A program made the position numbers and the translations under genes. Below are positions 23,701 to 35,378 of a DNA stretch of 64,000 bases, one piece after another; position 1 is the first letter of the stretch, and each line of letters opens with the position of its first letter. This DNA is from Fimbriosthenelais zetlandica (Eukaryota), in the NCBI GenBank assembly GCA_977030845.1, contig OZ365111.1:51274001-51338000 (forward strand), in the 5' to 3' direction. The notes beneath the pieces were generated by a model. That model was not told where the DNA came from. It saw only the letters and a list, made by a program, of their open reading frames with translations, and ran no database searches.

Positions 23701-25791
23701 CACGTTCTAACGTGGCCAGAGATCGCACCACCATCCAAGATACCTTCTTTACGATGGCCAGGGCTACAAACAAGCAAACAGGGTTTATTATTAAAAGGAT
23801 TTAAACATTTACATCAAGACATTAGATCCATCATTAGGTCATATTTTTTACCTTCAACAGCATCTTCTGGAAGCAATTCTTCTTGCATCAAATCTTGGAA
23901 GATAATGGGTTCATCAAGCACGGATACGTCTACACCAGGGAGCGCCATTTTGATTGCCTTCATATGTACAATGGCGACAGTCTTCAGTAGGGCTAAAAAG
24001 ATAATTCAGTTTCAGAAACTGTCCAAGTTATAATGTTTTGTGCAATCAGGAATTTGCAGGCATTGTCAATCTTACCAGCATGATAGACGGCCTTCATCTG
24101 AGCCGAACACGCGTGGGTGGCATGCGGGAAGCTGAGGACTGAAGCTCCAAAGGCTGGTACATGCAATCCTGCGATTGCACCGGCAGAAAGTGGGGCGCCA
24201 AAACTAGCAGCATAACCAGGAGCAATACCAGCAAGACCAGCAGCAGAGACAAGGCCAGGAGCGATTCTTGCGATACCAGGGACGATACCAGCATCAACGG
24301 GGCCGACAAAGCTAGGAGCGATGCCAGCAATGGCTGGAGCAGCCATTCCTACTCCAAATACTGCAGCGGGATCAGCCCGGACAACGTGCACTGCAAGAAA
24401 GTTACATCTCACTCTAGAAACCGCTACACCCAAAACTAGTTGATAAAGCTTATGGCTTGCCTAGCGTCAATTAAGACTTACCGATATGATGGATGAAGGC
24501 AGCGATGGGCAGACCACGCGGCAGAGCGAGAGCGATATGATCAGCGTTGGCGACGATGGCATGAATGATGAAATGAATGGTCTTAACGATGTCCTGGGTT
24601 ACGACAGGGGCAAGGCTAGCGTCCGTTACGATTGTCTCTACAGCTGATGTGATTTTAGCGAAGGCTGGAGCTCCAACAATCATTCCATGTTCCCTGGAAC
24701 ATTTTCAGGTCAGGTCATTCTGACAATGTTGAAATTGCCTCAACAAAGAGCCTTAAAGTTGATTTCTCATTACAACATTTCAAGGCACGATCTAGGCATC
24801 AGGTTGTGCATCCATCGACAATTAAATTACTAATAGTTTTAAATTACTAATACTCACATGGCAACCAAAGCGTCCATTTTCTCCACGAAGGCCCACAGTT
24901 GTTTCTCAGAGATCATCTCGCTACAGGGAGCGGAAGCCAAGGCGGCCATGACAGTTTTGAAGTGGGTGATGACGTCATTTCCCATGACAAGTCCTGGTTT
25001 AGTTACAGCCATCTTCACAAAGTCATCAAGACCTGCACCAATACCGGAAATGCCTGGAAAAGATTGGAAAGATTGAATTGCAGCATTGTAAACCTTCGTG
25101 AAAGTTTTAAAAACGCATCTCAATATGATCAGATAAAAGACTTACCTTTGATGATAGCGGGGTACTCAGCCAGGGTACTGACGGGCGTGAAGTAACCACC
25201 CACAATGTCATTGATGACATCACCAACAATGGCTTCAGTTTCAGACGGTATGAAAGCCAGAGACCTGAGAGCCATACCACGGATCACAGCCGAGCTCACC
25301 ACCGTGTTAGGCTTCATTAATCCTGAAATAATTACAAACCGATGAGAACAATGCTAATACAAGCAAGTCTAGTTGTATGCTGTAAATATAAAGCAGTCAC
25401 ATCTGACAAACTTATCCAAGAATTAGTCAACAACAGACGCAAGCAGCAGAATGGAAGAGAAATTCTCACCAAAAGCAATAGTGAATTTGGCGCGTTGAGG
25501 GCAGGTCATTCGGGCGGCGGTCGTCTTCCATACATCCTGTAGAGTAGCGGCTATCTGGCCGACCTCAGCCTCGGTCATGTCCACTACAGCCTTAGTGGAC
25601 ATCTCCCGCACGCCAAACACGGCGCCACTTTCTGTAAGACAAGACGAAAGTCAGTTAAAGTGGACTATCAGTCAAGTTTCTGTGGAGAATTTGAACACAT
25701 TTAATGAAATTAAATTGGAAATAAAATATGAAAACTTACCGACGCCATAGGCGACGAGTAAGGCGAGGCAGAGAGGTAGACAGCGCCACAT
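20791..25791 (-). CDS. unassigned secreted modular helical/elastin-like-linker protein, copy 1 (17 exons, 1,109 aa; most divergent copy)
   Basis: Signal peptide MWRCLPLCLALLVAYGV. Exons 25740-25791, 25470-25631, 25146-25322, 24858-25053, 24482-24693, 24076-24390, 23852-23992, 23562-23763, 23361-23433, 23093-23255, 22843-23010, 22541-22729, 22045-22431, 21382-21958, 21172-21284, 21010-21088 and 20791-20914 all have GT-AG, matching phases and sum to 3,330 nt; introns 82-164 nt; AATAAA at 20574-20579 (minus). Confidence 0.85.
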
Positions 25792-25869
25792 GTTGAGATG
25801 TAGAAGTCGTGGATGTATGTAGAATGGTTGCTCTGAACGAGCAGTGACCAGAGCTGGTCATCTCACGCC

Positions 25870-25876
25870 TTTTATA
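25870..25876 (-). promoter_or_regulatory. TATA box of copy 1 (TATAAAA) with Inr-like TCACT 31 nt downstream
   Basis: Minus strand GGGAGTATAAAAGGCG; TCACT centred at 25845; ATG 79 nt from the box's gene-side end. Confidence 0.75.
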
Positions 25877-26287
25877 CTCCCACAGGTCCACACAGAATCC
25901 CAAACCACGGACCAGGATCAAAGGTCACATATAGGGGGGTAGGTAGGTGACAATTAGCTGGACAGTACACTGGACTGAAGCCCTCAACATGTGGGCCATC
26001 TCAACACATTTATTATCTTAAATTGATGAAAAGATTGGGGTGTTTATTGGTTTTAATTTGCAGGATTTTGTCATGAATGGAGAATTTAACAAAGGGCGGC
26101 CTCCCACTGAGTATGGAAGGGTCCATTGTCAAAAGGCTGGTCACTCTCGACACATTCTTGGAGTCAATCTCGACCTGCCAAGCTTGAAACCCGTTCTACA
26201 AGTTCCCGGCTATATTGCTAGATATATTGCTGGAATATTGTTAGATTGCCTGTTACTCGAGGGTTGCCTGTTGCTCATTGGCCAGCG

Positions 26288-26371
26288 GTCAGGATGGCCG
26301 AGCGGTCTAAGGCGCTGCGTTCAGGTCGCAGTCCACTTCTGTGGGCGTGGGTTCGAATCCCACTTCTGACA
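26288..26371 (+). tRNA. tRNA-Leu(CAG), array A no.1
   Basis: 84-nt GTCAGGATGGCCGAGCGGTCTAAGGCGCTGCGTTCAGGTCGCAGTCCACTTCTGTGGGCGTGGGTTCGAATCCCACTTCTGACA; class-II cloverleaf with variable arm; A and B boxes; followed by an oligo-dT terminator. Confidence 0.97.
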
Positions 26372-26456
26372 TTTTTTTTCACCCATGTGAGTGTATGACT
26401 TGTCTTGTTTTCAATTAGTTTGTACTCGAGGGTTGGCTATTGTTCATAGATCAGCG

Positions 26457-26540
26457 GTCAGGATGGCCGAGCGGTCTAAGGCGCTGCGTTCAGGTCGCAG
26501 TCCACTTCTGTGGGCGTGGGTTCGAATCCCACTTCTGACA
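26457..26540 (+). tRNA. tRNA-Leu(CAG), array A no.2
   Basis: Identical 84-mer; TTTTT downstream. Confidence 0.97.
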
Positions 26541-26627
26541 AGTCTTTTTCCACCCATTTGATGTTATGCATTGTCTTGATTTCAATTAGTTTGTACTAGA
26601 GGGTTGCCTGTTGCTCATTGGCCAGCG

Positions 26628-26711
26628 GTCAGGATGGCCGAGCGGTCTAAGGCGCTGCGTTCAGGTCGCAGTCCACTTCTGTGGGCGTGGGTTCGAATCC
26701 CACTTCTGACA
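26628..26711 (+). tRNA. tRNA-Leu(CAG), array A no.3
   Basis: Identical 84-mer. Confidence 0.97.
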
Positions 26712-26793
26712 GGTGTTTTTCCACCCATTTGAGAGTATGCCTTGTCTTGTTTTCAATTGTACTCGAGGGTTGGCTGTAGCTCTTTGTCTACCA

Positions 26794-26877
26794 GTCAGGA
26801 TGGCCGAGCGGTCTAAGGCGCTGCGTTCAGGTCGCAGTCCACTTCTGTGGGCGTGGGTTCGAATCCCACTTCTGACA
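26794..26877 (+). tRNA. tRNA-Leu(CAG), array A no.4
   Basis: Identical 84-mer. Confidence 0.97.
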
Positions 26878-27087
26878 TATATTTTTCCACCCATTTGAGA
26901 GTATGTTTGTTTTCAATTAGTTTGTTTTTCCTAGTTTCTGAGGGTTTGGATGACTTCTATTAACTGGGGTCAAAGAAAAAATGTTTAAAAAGCAAATTCC
27001 AATATTTCCTTGTTGTCAGAGTTTTTGAGTTCTTGCAAATTTACATCTGTAGTGTTGTGTGTGACAGTTATCATTGACAATCTAGAG

Positions 27088-27140
27088 ATAAAAGATTCGC
27101 CTGGCATCTGTGAAACTTTAGGGTTCGATTCCTGGTCTGG
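27088..27140 (+). pseudogene. degenerate tRNA-derived (Ala-like/SINE-head-like) remnant, spacer A
   Basis: CGCCTGGCAT...GGGTTCGATTCC retains a B-box and an Ala-like anticodon loop; the cloverleaf is not intact. Confidence 0.4.
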
Positions 27141-27855
27141 CAACTACATTTCACTGTGACCTGGGCCTCATTATTTTATTGTTTTAACATTATGAACATT
27201 AGTGTACCACATTATGAACATTACTGTATCACATTTTAAAATCGCCACAGCATAGTGATGATTTCCCATATCTTTTCAGTGATAACTTTAAAAGTGACAT
27301 GCATGATGGCATGACCTTTCCATCAATTACGATGGCCACCATTAATTTGAGACGGTGGGAATCACGTTGCCTCTTAAATGACGATTTTTAAAACCAGTTC
27401 TATATGTAGTGGCACCTTATTCAATAAGAGAAGTGTAATAATTATACTACTATAGGCTATACGTCAAAGTCCATACTCCGACACCTTAATGGACTTCGAT
27501 TAGAGTGAACTATTAGAGATGGTTTCGCCAAGTATAAACCATTTATCTTTGGCAATTTACTCCAGTAAGCGTCCTTTAAATCACGCAAATATATGTTATA
27601 CGAATATATTTAATCGGCTGCCATTTCACTATTAAATAACTAATATTGTATAGGAGATATAACGGCCCATTGAAAATCTGTAGCCCTTTGTCAAATCAAG
27701 ATGGAGGCATTAAATTTGATTGCATGCTTTCAGTTTATTAAATCCACCATAAGTCAACTAACAAATTCCTCTAACAGGCTAATAGGTGCTGTCATGAAGC
27801 GTAGTCCGTTAACAGTCTGTATACACGAGGTCCATGTATAGTGGTCATCACAGGG

Positions 27856-30800
27856 TCAGCTGGTAAATGAAGGCATGTCAGTCAGGCCGACTGTATGGAG
27901 GGTCGCGATGTAAGCTTCAGCAATTCTCAGCTTCAGAATACCAACAGGTATGTTGGACACGGGTACAAAGTGTGCTCCAATACTGCAAGATGAACAATGA
28001 CAGTTTGAACAAAGTCAATGTAAAGCAAAACGCTAGCAAAAAATCAAATTCCTTTTCAAAAATGAATATTTTCGATGCTTACCCAGATTCCAGAGCCTCG
28101 ATGAAGGCAGGTGCTGCCAGGATAGATTCAACAGGGGTGGCGTCTAATCCAGAAGAAGGTACTAAAATATAAAATATTACATTATACCATAGTCCATCAT
28201 TCAGCCATTTAATTAAGTAAAAATAGCACAGATGGTTCTAGTTCAAGTATTTAATCTTACCGATTCCAACAGCTTTGCTGGTGATGATGGCTTTAACCAC
28301 ATGGTCAAACACTGGTAGGATGTCTGCAGCTGTCACCATCTTGGTCGTGCTACCCACCATTACATTAGCTAGTCTGAAAGGTAAAAATATTATCAAGCCA
28401 CGTCTTACATGCCATTCTACTAGGTTCCCCAGATACCTCCCAGATATATTTATAAGGTTCTTACACGTCTGCGTATTTACTGCGGATGCTTGTGTAGATT
28501 GAATTCTTCAAGAAGACTTCAGGTGCAATGGGTGCACCAAAGGCACCAATACCAGCAGCAATGTGGTTACTGATCAGTCCAAGGCCACCAATGGGAGAAC
28601 CAAAACCTCCAATACCAGCAAGTGGGCTAGCATATGCGCCGTAGGGCATGCCATAAGGTCCAGCAGCCATGGGAATGCCAGCAGTAATGGGACTACCATA
28701 AACTCCAACTCCAGCAGCAATTGGGTTACCATAAGCTCCAACTCCAGCAGCAATTGGGTTACCAAAAGCACCAACTCCAGCAGCAATGGGGTTACCAAAA
28801 GCGTCTATTCCCATACCAACAGTCAGGGGATTGACAGAAGCAGCCATGAGGGGGTTACCGACAGCAGCAATGGGGTTACTCATAGTACCAACTGCAGCAG
28901 CTAGGGGATTGCCAAATGCGTCAATTCCAGCAGCGTCAATTCCAGCAGCAGGAATGCCTGCAACGAGGGTCTTTCCAAAAGCAGCCGCGAGGGGGCTACC
29001 AAAAGCACCAAGACCAGCAGCGATGGGGTTACCAATAGCGTTCATTCCAATACCAGCAGCCAGGGGATGGCCAAGAGCAGCCGCAACGGGGAGGCCAAAG
29101 GCAGCACCAATTCCAGCAGCCAGGGGGTGAGCTAAGGCTCCAATTCCAGCAGCTATAGGGATTCCAGCAGCAATGGGACTGCCATAAGGTCCAATAGCTC
29201 CAATAGCTCCACAAGCTCCGGTGGCTACACAGGGCATTGTCATGTGCATAACTGAAAAGATTATCATATTTAAAATAGGTTTTTAAACATTTGGACATTC
29301 AGACTAAATTTTTTAGCTTTTAAATTCTCACCCAGTTGGCTGGCGAACCATGCTCGTACTGCGGCCATGTTTTCCATCTTGGCGATCGGTGAGAGGGCAA
29401 CACGAAGCTCATTAGCCAGCACTGCAAACGGTGTGGTCAGAAGTCCTTCAATGGGAGCAATGGCGGCCATGTTGGATGCACCAACGATCTTACCAAGCCA
29501 AGACTTTAGCACAGATGGTCCAAAGGCTGCCTCGATCCTTGCAGGTAATTCCACCAGTAGAGTCTTCACTGAAGCTTTGTAAGCCATTGGTTCAGCTCCA
29601 CAGATCGCTACTTCCTTCTTGATCACTGTCATGATCTTAGCTTTCATTACAGGCAAGATGGACGCCATTGTCGCCGTTCTCCAGTCAGCTGGGATGATCT
29701 CCTTGATGGCCTTCACTACAGTCACATCTGATAAATCAAGGTTCAGACATAACCAATTTATCATATTTTCACTTTACCATAGGAAACTTTGGGCTTTGGC
29801 CCAATTTGGCAACACTAAAGCCAAGCCATTTGTGTTGTATTGAAACACAAGCTACCAGCCTATGACAACTTACCAGCCACAGATGCTATGTGGGCCGCAA
29901 TGGCCGCCTGTTCACGTTCAAACAGTGAAGTAACTGCTGTCACAATCTCAGCCTCAGTGACAGTCTTAGTCTTGACAGCGCTGGTCATGGCGTAGTGAAG
30001 TACACTGGCGACAGAGGCCTTAGCCTTGATGAAGTGGGCATTGACGGCACCAGGCAGCAATGCTACAATTACAAAAATAACATTCCAAATGCATGTAGCA
30101 ATGCAATCATTACGCTTAAGCTACAGAATACGGACCATTCCATAGCAGGTGAAATCCATTGCCATACCTGCAGCGAATTTGGCGGCGACACCCTTGATGC
30201 AAACTGCTGGGACAGCTGCTTCTATTTCCTTAACCAGGGGCACGATCATTTGGGCGATTACTGCAGGGTGGATGCGAGCTAGTGGTTCAAATCCAGTCAA
30301 AGCATGGGCTGCCAGGATGGCTGCAACTGAGGGGTCTGCAATTGATATTAATACCAACAATATGTATTAGGTCCAACCATATATTAGGTCCATTTTATAG
30401 ACACTGAAGAGTCTTTAAGATAGCACCAATACAACTTACCATAGATTGGTGCTACACCTGCACCGGAAGCTCCCATCAGTCCCCACGCATGCGCCATAGC
30501 CATGATGGGTTTGATACTGACGATGTCCGCTGCAATGTCCATCTCCAAAGCCTCGATCACTCCACCACAAGCTCCAACAACAGGGGCGATCATAGCTACA
30601 ACCTGTAAGAAAAGTATTGCCTCAATTACTCTACAATTCAATAGCCACCATCCTTTTATCACTCCCTTATGTGTTAAGTTGAACAAGTTTAGTAAATTCA
30701 TTTCAGTTACCTTGGTCTTTTCAGCAACAGGCATTACAGATGCCAGGTCCCTTGCGATCATGTTTGGTATTCCAACAGCAAACCTTTTAAAGAAACAAGG

Positions 30801-33513
30801 CGAGTACAATTGAAGGTATATCAGGCTAATCAACTTAATAGATTCCGACTACCTAATGGCAAGTCCCCACTTTTGAATCTAAAATATTTTATACCAACCC
30901 GTTCTCAATCTTGACAATGGTAGCATGAACAGCCGACGTCAGTACTTTAGCATCCATGGCACAGATGCTGCCAGAATCCACCTTGGTGACGATATGGTTG
31001 AAGGCATCCACGATAGCGGGACCAGTCAGGGCTCCCTCACGTTCTAACGTGGCCAGAGATCGCACCACCATCCAAGACACCTTCTTTACGATGGCCAGGG
31101 CTGCAAATAAAACATGGTTTATTAATACAGCCACGTAGGTATATTATATCCTAGCTTGAAATATATTCAAGACAAGTCCACAACATTTGTTACCTTCGAC
31201 AGCGTCTTCTGCGACAAGTTCCTGTTTGATCAAATCTTGGAAGAAGGCAGGTTCAGCAAGCGCCGATAGGTCTACACTTGGGAGCGCCATTTTGATGGCC
31301 TTGGTATGAACAATGGTGATGGTCTTCAGTAGTGCTGAAAGATCGAACAACTCAGATAAGAAATCTACATACAAATGTCCGGAACTAACATTAAGTCAAA
31401 ATTGACATTCAATAATAATTTGCAGGCATTGTTAATCTTACCAGCATGATAGACAGCCTTCATCTGAGCCGAGCAGGCGTGGGTGGCAGGCGGGAAGCTG
31501 AGGACTGAAGCTCCAAAGCCAGGAACAGGGAATCCAGGGGCAATTCCAGCGATACCAGGGGCAATTCCAGCGATACCAGGGGCAATTCCAGCGATACCAG
31601 GGGCAATTCCAGCGATACCAGGGGCAATTCCAGCGATACCAGGGGCAATTCCACCGATACCAGGGGCAATTCCACCGATACCAGGGGCAATTCCACCGAT
31701 ACCAGGGGCAATTCCACCGATACCAGGGGCAATTCCACCGATACCAGGGGCAATTCCACCGATACCAGGGGCAATTCCACCGATACCAGGGGCAATTCCA
31801 GCAAGACCGGGGGCAGCGATACCACCAAGACCAGCAGCAAGTGGGGCAGCAATACCAGACGCAACACCAGGGGCAATTCCAGCTTCAGGCATAAAGGCTC
31901 CCATGCCAGCAATACCAGGAGCGATGCCAGCAATGGCCGGCGCAGCAATACCAGGGGCTATTCCAGGAAGACTAGCAGTAGCGGCAATTCCAGCTAGAGG
32001 GGCAGCAATACCAGGCGCAATTCCAGCTAGAGGGGCAGCTATACCAGGAGCGATGCCAGCAATGATTGGGGCAGCAATACCAGACATACCAGCTCCATAT
32101 ACTGCAGCAGTATCAGCCCGGACAACGTGCACTGCAAGAAAATTACCATCTCACTAGCAAATTAAAGCCAAAAATATTATCAAGTGCAACATTTTATTAA
32201 TCTTGTTCCGAGCTCAGCTTCTAACCAGGCAAAATGACTTACCGATATGATGGATGAAGGCAGCGATGGGCAGACCACGCGGCAGAGCGAGAGCGATATG
32301 ATCAGCGTTGGCGACGATGGCATGAATGATGAAATGAATGGTCTTAACGATGTCCTGGGTTACGACAGGGGCAAGGCTAGCGTCCGTTACGATGGTCTCT
32401 ACAGCGGATGTAATTTTAGCTACGGCTGGAGCGCCAACAATCATTCCAGGTCCCCTGAAACATTCATTACAGAACACTGAATTTTATGCTTTTATCTAAA
32501 GCCGACTGTTTAAATCTGATATAGCAGAATCCATCAAATTTTGAGCCAGATGAGCAATTCTAAGGCAATTAGAAATTAACCAAATTCATTAACTCACATG
32601 GCGACCACAGCGTCCATGTTCTCCACGAAGGCCCACAGTTGTTTCTCAGAGATCATCTCGCTACATGGAGCGGAAGCCAAGGCGGCCATGACAGTTTTGA
32701 AATGAGCGATGACGTCATTTCCCATGACGAGTCCTGGTTTACTTACAGCCATCTTCACAAAGTCATCAAGTCCTGCACCAATACCGGAAATGCCTGGAAA
32801 AGATCATCGAAATGCAGCATTGTAAACCTTGCTGGAAGTTTAAATATCAATTCAGTCACATCTCAATAAGATCAGATCCACAATTTACCTTTGATCATAG
32901 CGGGGTACTCAGCCAGGGTACTGACGGGCGTGAAGTAACCACCCACAATGTCATTGATCACATCACCAACAATGGCTTCAGTGTCAGACGGTATGAAAGC
33001 CAGAGACCTGAGAGCCATACCACGGATCACAGCCGAGCTCACCACCGTGTTAGGCTTCATTAATCCTGAAATAATTACAAACTGATTAGAACAAGTAAAC
33101 TAATCAAGATATAGGCCATTTACGTGTCAAAAACAGATCCAGTAGAAGAGGAATTTGGAAGGTTATGCGCTGTAGACGAATAGAGAAATTCTCACCAAAA
33201 GCAAGAGTGAATTTGGCGCGTTGAGGGCAGGTCATTCCGGCGGCGGTCGTCCTCCATACATCCTGTAGAGTAGCGGCTATCTGGCCGACCTCAGCCTCGG
33301 TCATGTCCACTACAGCCTTAGTGGACATCTCCCGCACGCCAAAGAAGGCGCGACTTTCTGTAAGACAAGACGACTCAGTTAAAAAGTAGACAATCGGTCA
33401 AGTTTGCGTGGAGAATTTCAAATTTAATGAAATTAAATCGAAATTAAATATGAAAACTTACCGACGCCATAGGCGACAAGTAAGGCGAGGCAGAGAGGTA
33501 GACAGCGCCACAT
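27856..33513 (-). CDS. same family, copy 2 (~1,310 aa)
   Basis: Same exon series and splice sites as copy 1; exon 6 = 690 nt with (IGGIAPG)7(IAGIAPG)5; exon 14 = 787 nt; ends ...TDMPSFTS*. Confidence 0.85.
31534..31806. repeat. 21-bp coding minisatellite (I[G/A]GIAPG x12 plus a flanking unit) in copy 2 exon 6
   Basis: CCAGGGGCAATTCCA(G/C)CGATA: 5 GCG-type then 7 CCG-type units on the + strand. Confidence 0.95.
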
Positions 33514-33591
33514 GTTGAGATGTAGAAGTCGTGGATGTATGTAGAATGGTTGCTCTGAACGAGCAGTGACCACAGCTGGTGATCTCACGCC

Positions 33592-33598
33592 TTTTATA
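33592..33598 (-). promoter_or_regulatory. TATA box of copy 2
   Basis: Identical motif and identical 79-nt offset from the ATG. Confidence 0.75.
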
Positions 33599-34010
33599 CT
33601 CCCACAGGTCCCCACAGAATCCCAAACCACGGACCAGGATCAAAGGTCACATATAGGGGGGGTAGGTAGGTGACAATTAGGTGGACAATACACTGGATTG
33701 AAGCCCTCAACGTGTGGGCCATCTCAACACATTTATTATCTTAAAATGATGAAAAGATTTGTGTGTTTATTGGTTTTAATTTGTGAGATTTTGTCGGAAA
33801 TCTAAAATTTAACACAGGGCGGCCTCCCACTGAGTATGGAAGGGTCCATTGTCAAAAGGCTGGTCACTCTCGACATATTCTTGGAGTCAATCTCGACCTG
33901 CTAAGCTTGAAACCCGTTCTACAAGTTCCGGGCTATATTGCTAGATACATTGCTGGAATATTGTTAGATTGCCTGTTAACCGAGGCTTGGCTGTTGCTCA
34001 TAGGTCAGCA

Positions 34011-34094
34011 GTCAGGATGGCCGAGCGGTCTAAGGCGCTGCGTTCAGGTCGCAGTCCACTTCTGTGGGCGTGGGTTCGAATCCCACTTCTGACA
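34011..34094 (+). tRNA. tRNA-Leu(CAG), array B no.1
   Basis: Identical 84-mer. Confidence 0.97.
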
Positions 34095-34180
34095 TATTTT
34101 TTTCACCCATGTGAGGGTATGCCTTGTCTTGATTTCAATTAGTTTGTACTCGAGGGTTGGCTGTTGCTCCTAGACCAGCA

Positions 34181-34264
34181 GTCAGGATGGCCGAGCGGTC
34201 TAAGGCGCTGCGTTCAGGTCGCAGTCCACTTCTGTGGGCGTGGGTTCGAATCCCACTTCTGACA
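34181..34264 (+). tRNA. tRNA-Leu(CAG), array B no.2
   Basis: Identical 84-mer. Confidence 0.97.
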
Positions 34265-34350
34265 TATTTTTTTCACCCATGTGAGGGTATGCCTTGTCTT
34301 GTTTTCAATTAGTTTGTACTCGAGGGTTGGCTGTTGCTCCTAGACCACCA

Positions 34351-34434
34351 GTCAGGATGGCCGAGTGGTCTAAGGCGCTGCGTTCAGGTCGCAGTCCACT
34401 TATGTGGGCGTGGGTTCGAATCCCACTTCTGACA
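34351..34434 (+). tRNA. tRNA-Leu(CAG), array B no.3 (loop variants)
   Basis: D-loop C>T and variable-loop C>A; stems intact. Confidence 0.92.
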
Positions 34435-34521
34435 AGTCTTTTCCCACCCATTTGATGGTATGCCTTGTATTGTTTTCAATTAGTTTGTACTCGAGGGTTG
34501 GCTGTTGCTCTTTTTTCAACA

Positions 34522-34605
34522 GTCAGGATGGCCGAGCGGTCTAAGGCGCTGCGTTCAGGTCTCAGTCCACTTCTGTGGGCGTGGGTTCGAATCCCACTTC
34601 TGACA
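34522..34605 (+). tRNA. tRNA-Leu(CAG), array B no.4 (anticodon-stem mismatch)
   Basis: CGCAG>CTCAG in the 3' anticodon stem; possibly impaired. Confidence 0.8.
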
Positions 34606-34692
34606 AGTCTTTTCCCACCCATTCGATGGTATGCCTTGTATTGTTTTCAATTAGTTTGTACTCGAGGGTTGGCTGTTGCTCTTTTTTCAACA

Positions 34693-34776
34693 GTCAGGAT
34701 GGCCGAGCGGTCTAAGGCGCTGCGTTCAGGTCGCAGTCCACTTCTGTGGGCGTGGGTTCGAATCCCACTTCTGACA
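34693..34776 (+). tRNA. tRNA-Leu(CAG), array B no.5
   Basis: Identical 84-mer. Confidence 0.97.
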
Positions 34777-34863
34777 AGTCTTTTTCCACCCATTTGATGG
34801 TATGCCTTGTATTGTTTTCAATTAGTTTGTACTCGAGGGTTGGCTGTTGCTCTTTTTTCAACA

Positions 34864-34947
34864 GTCAGGATGGCCGAGTGGTCTAAGGCGCTGCGTTCAG
34901 GTCGCAGTCCACTTCTGTGGGCGTGAGTTCGAATCCCACTTCTGACA
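34864..34947 (+). tRNA. tRNA-Leu(CAG), array B no.6 (T-stem mismatch)
   Basis: D-loop C>T plus GTGGG>GTGAG (A.C mismatch in the T stem). Confidence 0.8.
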
Positions 34948-35035
34948 TATTTTTTTCATCCATTTGAGGATATATGCCTTGTCTTGTTTTCAATTAGTTT
35001 GTACTCGAGGGTTGGCTGTTGCTCCTAGACCAGCA

Positions 35036-35119
35036 GTCAGGATGGCCGAGCGGTCTAAGGCGCTGCGTTCAGGTCGCAGTCCACTTCTGTGGGCGTGGGT
35101 TCGAATCCCACTTCTGACA
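35036..35119 (+). tRNA. tRNA-Leu(CAG), array B no.7
   Basis: Identical 84-mer. Confidence 0.97.
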
Positions 35120-35206
35120 AGTCTTTTTCCACCCATTTGATGGTATGCCTTGTATTGTTTTCAATTAGTTTGTACTCGAGGGTTGGCTGTTGCTCTTTTT
35201 TCAACA

Positions 35207-35290
35207 GTCAGGATGGCCGAGTGGTCTAAGGCGCTGCGTTCAGGTCGCAGTCCACTTCTGTGGGCGTGAGTTCGAATCCCACTTCTGACA
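35207..35290 (+). tRNA. tRNA-Leu(CAG), array B no.8 (T-stem mismatch)
   Basis: Same two variants as no.6. Confidence 0.8.
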
Positions 35291-35378
35291 TATTTTTTTC
35301 ATCCATTTGAGGATATATGCCTTGTCTTGTTTTCAATTAGTTTGTACTCGAGGGTTGGCTGTTGCTCTTTTTTCAACA

